Shown here: piece after piece, positions 16,683 to 20,000 of the stretch | How the letters are laid out: each line of letters begins with the position of its first letter | How positions within the stretch are numbered: the stretch's first letter is position 1 | From: an uncultured virus (IMG/VR IMGVR_UViG_3300008120_000033) | Lineage: Duplodnaviria > Heunggongvirae > Uroviricota > Caudoviricetes | Strand: one strand, 5' to 3' | Virus record (IMG/VR): IMGVR_UViG_3300008120_000033 | DNA length: 20,000 nt | Made by a program: the position numbers and the translations under genes | The notes under the pieces: generated by a model | The model's database searches: none | Told to the model about the DNA's origin: nothing | What the model saw: only the letters and a program-made list of their open reading frames with translations

Positions 16683-18591
16683 TCTTGTCAATCATGCTCA
16701 GAATGAGCTGAACCGCTCCATCGTCCGCAACCATTTCTCCGCCCTCTACTGCTGCATTCACTACTGAACGCTTGTTCTCAATTAGTGAATAGATGTCCTC
16801 GTCTATCGTGCCAGCAGTGAGCATGTAGGTGGACGTAACGCTCCCCTTTTGCCCAATACGGTGAAGACGGCTGTATGTCTGGTCTACGTCTGCGGGTGTC
16901 CATGGCAACTCAATGAACAAGCATTCTTCCGATGCGGTGAGAGTGTGACCAGTCTTGGCTGCTTGTATCGAAAGAACGATGACTGGCGCCTTATCTACCG
17001 AGAGTGTCTGGAACTTGTGCTTATTGTCCTCTACTTCCTCTACTGCCATTCCGCCCTGAATACGAAGGTTGCCATACTTTCTAGAAATCTCATCCACGAT
17101 GTCTCTGTGGTGAGCGGCAACTACGACTTTTTTACCATTTTCCACCCGAGCCTGAATCCATTCCATTGCGGCTTCCATCTTTGCCTTTGCTGAAAGCCGG
17201 CGAAGAACGGACAAACGAACCAAATGCTCGTTTGCCTCTGCTCTAATCATTGCGGCAATGGCGGCACCGTACGATGGCTTGCCTTGCTCGATTGCCATTT
17301 GCCGTGCTCTGTCTGCGATGTAAACAAGAATGTCATTCTCTGCCTTCTTGTATTCCTTCATCGCCGCGCTCTCGCCCTCAATGAGAATCTTGCTGTGAAT
17401 CACGGGTGGTAATTCGGAGAGAACTTGGTCTTTCGTACGCCTGATGTAACACGTGCCTCGCAGGCGCTCATTGAGTTCATCTAGGTGCGAGTGTCCACTG
17501 ATGTTCCACTGACCGAACTTGTCCTGATAGGCAGCGCAGTAGCGTCGGTAGAAGCCCCACAGACCACCAAAGTCTTTGAGTCTTCCAAGAATCTCGAGCT
17601 GAGAGGCGTATTCATTCGGCCTGTTTGTTACTGGCGTTCCAGTGAGACACAGAACAATGCCCTCTTTGGGGGCGCTACGGGCTATCTTGACTGCTGCTTT
17701 AGTGCGCTGTGCTGTTGGCGTTTTGCAGTAGTGACTCTCATCGAAGATGTACGAGCGGTGACCAGACAAACTCTTCTCCCATGTTGCGAGATTGGAATAA
17801 CCAACCACTACAACGTCATAGGAGCCAGCGTCAGGGAACTCTTTTCTATTGGTCACCGTGGCGACTCTCCGATGTGGCAACCACTTACGGTATTCAGACG
17901 CCCAGTTAAGTACAAGGCTTGGAGGACACACAACAACGGCTGGATACGAGTCGTAGACATACTCAACGGTCGCCAGTGCCTGAATGGTCTTTCCTAGACC
18001 CATCTCATCTGCAATGAATGTACGTAGTGCTTTTGATGCATAGGCAACACCTGCTCGCTGATAAGGAAGTAGGTCACCCTGCAACTTATCTACCTGCACC
18101 CCAGCGTCCGTGGAACGAGAAGCCTCAATAAACTCGTTCATTTTTTCCGTTACGTCATCTGCTATCGCGATTACTTCGGGCTCGACATAGACGGAGAATG
18201 TTTCTGCCCAGTTGATGACTTCCTTGACGGATGAGAGGGGCGCCTGCCATGCAGACTTCTTGCTGTCCCACGAGACTGCGGGTATTTGCTTAACCGCTTT
18301 AATGATAACCCTCTCGTAGGGGAACCTCATTATTATTGAACCATCCAGCAAGAACACCCTTGCTGAGGCTGTCTTGGGCTTATCTACCAAGAACTTCATT
18401 GCATCCAGCGCAACTTCAAAGTCGTGCTTCATTGCGAAATCTCTGCCCTCGTTCATTGAGGTGATTGGGAGGCGCCACACTTTGCCAAGCTTGTCCCATT
18501 TGGCTCCAGTGATTTTCTTGATTTCATTCACCTGGCCAGCGTCGTACGGAAAGTCCAGTACTACTTCGCCATTCTCTAGGTACATCCTCAT
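16675..18591 (-). CDS. SNF2-family helicase/ATPase with two N-terminal HARP-like repeats (SMARCAL1-like)
   Basis: ADEMGLGKT, DESH, LTGTP, RR.K, GHTLT, QTYSRLHRIGQ; repeats FPY...IK.I....WD..K.W..P. Start 18591 chosen from TAGGCT -10 lying 7 nt upstream. Confidence 0.92.
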   Translation of the reverse strand: MRMYLENGEVVLDFPYDAGQVNEIKKITGAKWDKLGKVWRLPITSMNEGRDFAMKHDFEVALDAMKFLVDKPKTASARVFLLDGSIIMRFPYERVIIKAVKQIPAVSWDSKKSAWQAPLSSVKEVINWAETFSVYVEPEVIAIADDVTEKMNEFIEASRSTDAGVQVDKLQGDLLPYQRAGVAYASKALRTFIADEMGLGKTIQALATVEYVYDSYPAVVVCPPSLVLNWASEYRKWLPHRRVATVTNRKEFPDAGSYDVVVVGYSNLATWEKSLSGHRSYIFDESHYCKTPTAQRTKAAVKIARSAPKEGIVLCLTGTPVTNRPNEYASQLEILGRLKDFGGLWGFYRRYCAAYQDKFGQWNISGHSHLDELNERLRGTCYIRRTKDQVLSELPPVIHSKILIEGESAAMKEYKKAENDILVYIADRARQMAIEQGKPSYGAAIAAMIRAEANEHLVRLSVLRRLSAKAKMEAAMEWIQARVENGKKVVVAAHHRDIVDEISRKYGNLRIQGGMAVEEVEDNKHKFQTLSVDKAPVIVLSIQAAKTGHTLTASEECLFIELPWTPADVDQTYSRLHRIGQKGSVTSTYMLTAGTIDEDIYSLIENKRSVVNAAVEGGEMVADDGAVQLILSMIDKIS

Positions 18592-18755
18592 GGGTAAAAG
18601 CCTAGCAATAAATAGGTAGATAGGTAAGGCCGGCGAGATGCGTTCCGAGGTGTACCGAGAAAGGAGTGGAACGCACCCCACCAGCCCTTGTAGTCAACAT
18701 ACCAGCATTTACCATTATTTGCCAAGCCGGCGATGCGGCATGTATCCTGTAGCGC

Positions 18756-18848
18756 ATGAACCGAGAGAATAGAGATTCAATGATTATCCTTGGGATAGTT
18801 TTCTTTGTCGTGATGGGCCTTCTTTGGGCCATAGACAGGATTCGCTAA
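18756..18848 (+). CDS. Small single-TM protein (30 aa), probably leaderless
   Basis: TTGCCA-18-TATCCT, 7 nt before ATG; MNRENRDSMIILGIVFFVVMGLLWAIDRIR; TAATG overlap with the next ORF. Confidence 0.6.
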   Translation: MNRENRDSMIILGIVFFVVMGLLWAIDRIR

Positions 18849-19057
18849 TGAGCGGAGGAATACCAGCAATGTATCGCTGCATTGTCTGCGATTTGCCAAT
18901 CCGCCCCCAGGACGGAACAACCGTTCGTCTTGCTGTTGTGTGGCTAAAGTCAAAAGGCACCACAATTAGCCGTGTCCAAGAAGAACTTCATAACTACAAG
19001 CACGAGTTCTGTGACGAGCGCAGACTTGAAGAAGCAATGCAGCCGAGCTTGTTTTAA
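18848..19057 (+). CDS. Small putative zinc-binding protein
   Basis: CIVC...HEFC; alternative start at 18869 after GGAGGA. Confidence 0.65.
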   Translation: MSGGIPAMYRCIVCDLPIRPQDGTTVRLAVVWLKSKGTTISRVQEELHNYKHEFCDERRLEEAMQPSLF

Positions 19058-19147
19058 AATCTGAGCTACAAGTCGACAACAAAAAAACGAAAAATCGACA
19101 CGCCCTGAGTTCCCCTGTAGAAAAGTCACCTATGGGAAACTATTGCT

Positions 19148-19285
19148 ATGGCAAAGCGCGACCAAGACCCAGCACCAAATCCCGAATCTGCTGCTGTCCC
19201 ACCTAAGAAACGTTCCGTTCTTGTGTCAGACGCAAAGAAAGCGACCCGCCCCCCCAAGGCAGGTCGCCGTCCTTGTTGTCCGTAA
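19148..19285 (+). CDS. Small basic Pro-rich peptide (45 aa)
   Basis: MAKRDQDPAPNP...KAGRRPCCP; fills the intergenic gap. Confidence 0.4.
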   Translation: MAKRDQDPAPNPESAAVPPKKRSVLVSDAKKATRPPKAGRRPCCP

Positions 19286-19302
19286 TTTTCGGACCGACTT
19301 AT

Positions 19303-19560
19303 CTACTTGTTCTCCGTATAGTGGTTTCGCCATTGCGAAGGTGAATGCGCGTGCTCGACAGCATCTTTATGCTGCTCGCTTTCGTACATTCGAACGATGT
19401 GAATACAGGGGTCGTGGCCCTCGTCAAACTCTTCGTCTTCCTCAAGTGCAGTAGGGAGACCGTCGTGCGTGTAGCACACTGGCGGTCCACACCATCCACG
19501 GGTAATTCCTATAGCAATCCAATCGTCAAACGAAATCGACTCTTGGTCAACTTCTGACAT
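19303..19560 (-). CDS. Hypothetical phage protein (85 aa) with Cys/His motifs
   Basis: W..IG...GWC.P.VC.THDG.P...DPC.H; TAG stop lies inside a GTAGATAAGTC box. Confidence 0.8.
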   Translation of the reverse strand: MSEVDQESISFDDWIAIGITRGWCGPPVCYTHDGLPTALEEDEEFDEGHDPCIHIVRMYESEQHKDAVEHAHSPSQWRNHYTENK

Positions 19561-19952
19561 TAGGAATTGCTTTCCGGAGTCGCGTCACTCACTGGTGTAG
19601 AGAGAACGGATACGTAGTTCACATCCTTGCGCGTTGTCGACTTGCTACGACGCGTAATCGGAATGACCTTCGCAAGCTTCTTTGCAATCGGCTTCTTCTT
19701 CGGCTGAGCCTTCTTGGCAACAGTCTTTGCAGCCTTCTTAGCCGGAGCCTTCTTTGCGACAGCCTTCTTGGCCGGCGACTTCTTTGCAGCAACCTTTTTG
19801 GCAGGCGCCTTCTTCGCGCTTGCCTTCTTGGCTGCAGGCTTCTTCTTGGCCGGCGACTTCTTTGCCACGGGCTTCTTCGCGGCAGGCTTCTTGGCCACCG
19901 TCTTCTTTGGTGCCGCCTTCTTGGCGGTCTTTTTCGCAGGCTTGGTAGCCAT
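19560..19952 (-). CDS. Histone H1-like Lys/Ala-rich basic protein
   Basis: Many PAKK/AKK repeats; AGAGGAGA RBS upstream. Confidence 0.85.
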   Translation of the reverse strand: MATKPAKKTAKKAAPKKTVAKKPAAKKPVAKKSPAKKKPAAKKASAKKAPAKKVAAKKSPAKKAVAKKAPAKKAAKTVAKKAQPKKKPIAKKLAKVIPITRRSKSTTRKDVNYVSVLSTPVSDATPESNS

Positions 19953-20000
19953 GGTTTTCTCCTCTGGTATCGGGTTACACCCCGGATGGCTCAGGATACA

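Larger units (their letters stand above)
11200..19306. repeat. Polarised dispersed motif GTAGATAA (consensus GGTAGATAAGTC), 19 exact 8-mer copies
   Basis: Plus strand GTAGATAA at 11200, 11655, 12015, 12374, 13131. Reverse complement TTATCTAC at 13158, 13275, 14061, 14542, 14594, 14668, 15042, 15133, 15641, 16214, 16991, 18086, 18380, 19299. Confidence 0.93.

Noticed and set aside
11200..19306. TTATCTAC as DnaA boxes / oriC
   Set aside because: Consistently differs from TTATCCACA at a conserved C and usually at the last base, and is dispersed over 8 kb including CDS.

Overview
Most likely a segment of a large lytic phage of Actinobacteria. No structural genes are present, so this is inference from the dense small orphan ORFs, tRNAs, nucleotide genes, DUF932, SNF2 helicase, leaderless promoters and apparent absence of GATC. 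Left half (1-8.7 kb): a truncated secreted Ig-like protein, tRNA-Pro/Gln/Lys, four paralogous mini-genes sharing near-identical DNA boxes, dCMP deaminase, a DUF732-like lipoprotein, ThyX, a complete dTDP-L-rhamnose operon (rfbA-C-B-D) and an Rpf-like muralytic enzyme. Near 9.72 kb the sequence character changes abruptly: a CA/TG low-complexity tract, long stretches free of several common 4-bp palindromes, and many small genes with their own promoters, consistent with an early or first-injected region. Most striking: 19 exact copies of GTAGATAA (extended consensus GGTAGATAAGTC) lie in 11.2-19.3 kb and none were seen to the left. They occur between and inside genes, and their strand flips once at about 13.15 kb. 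All counts were made by eye and need computational confirmation.
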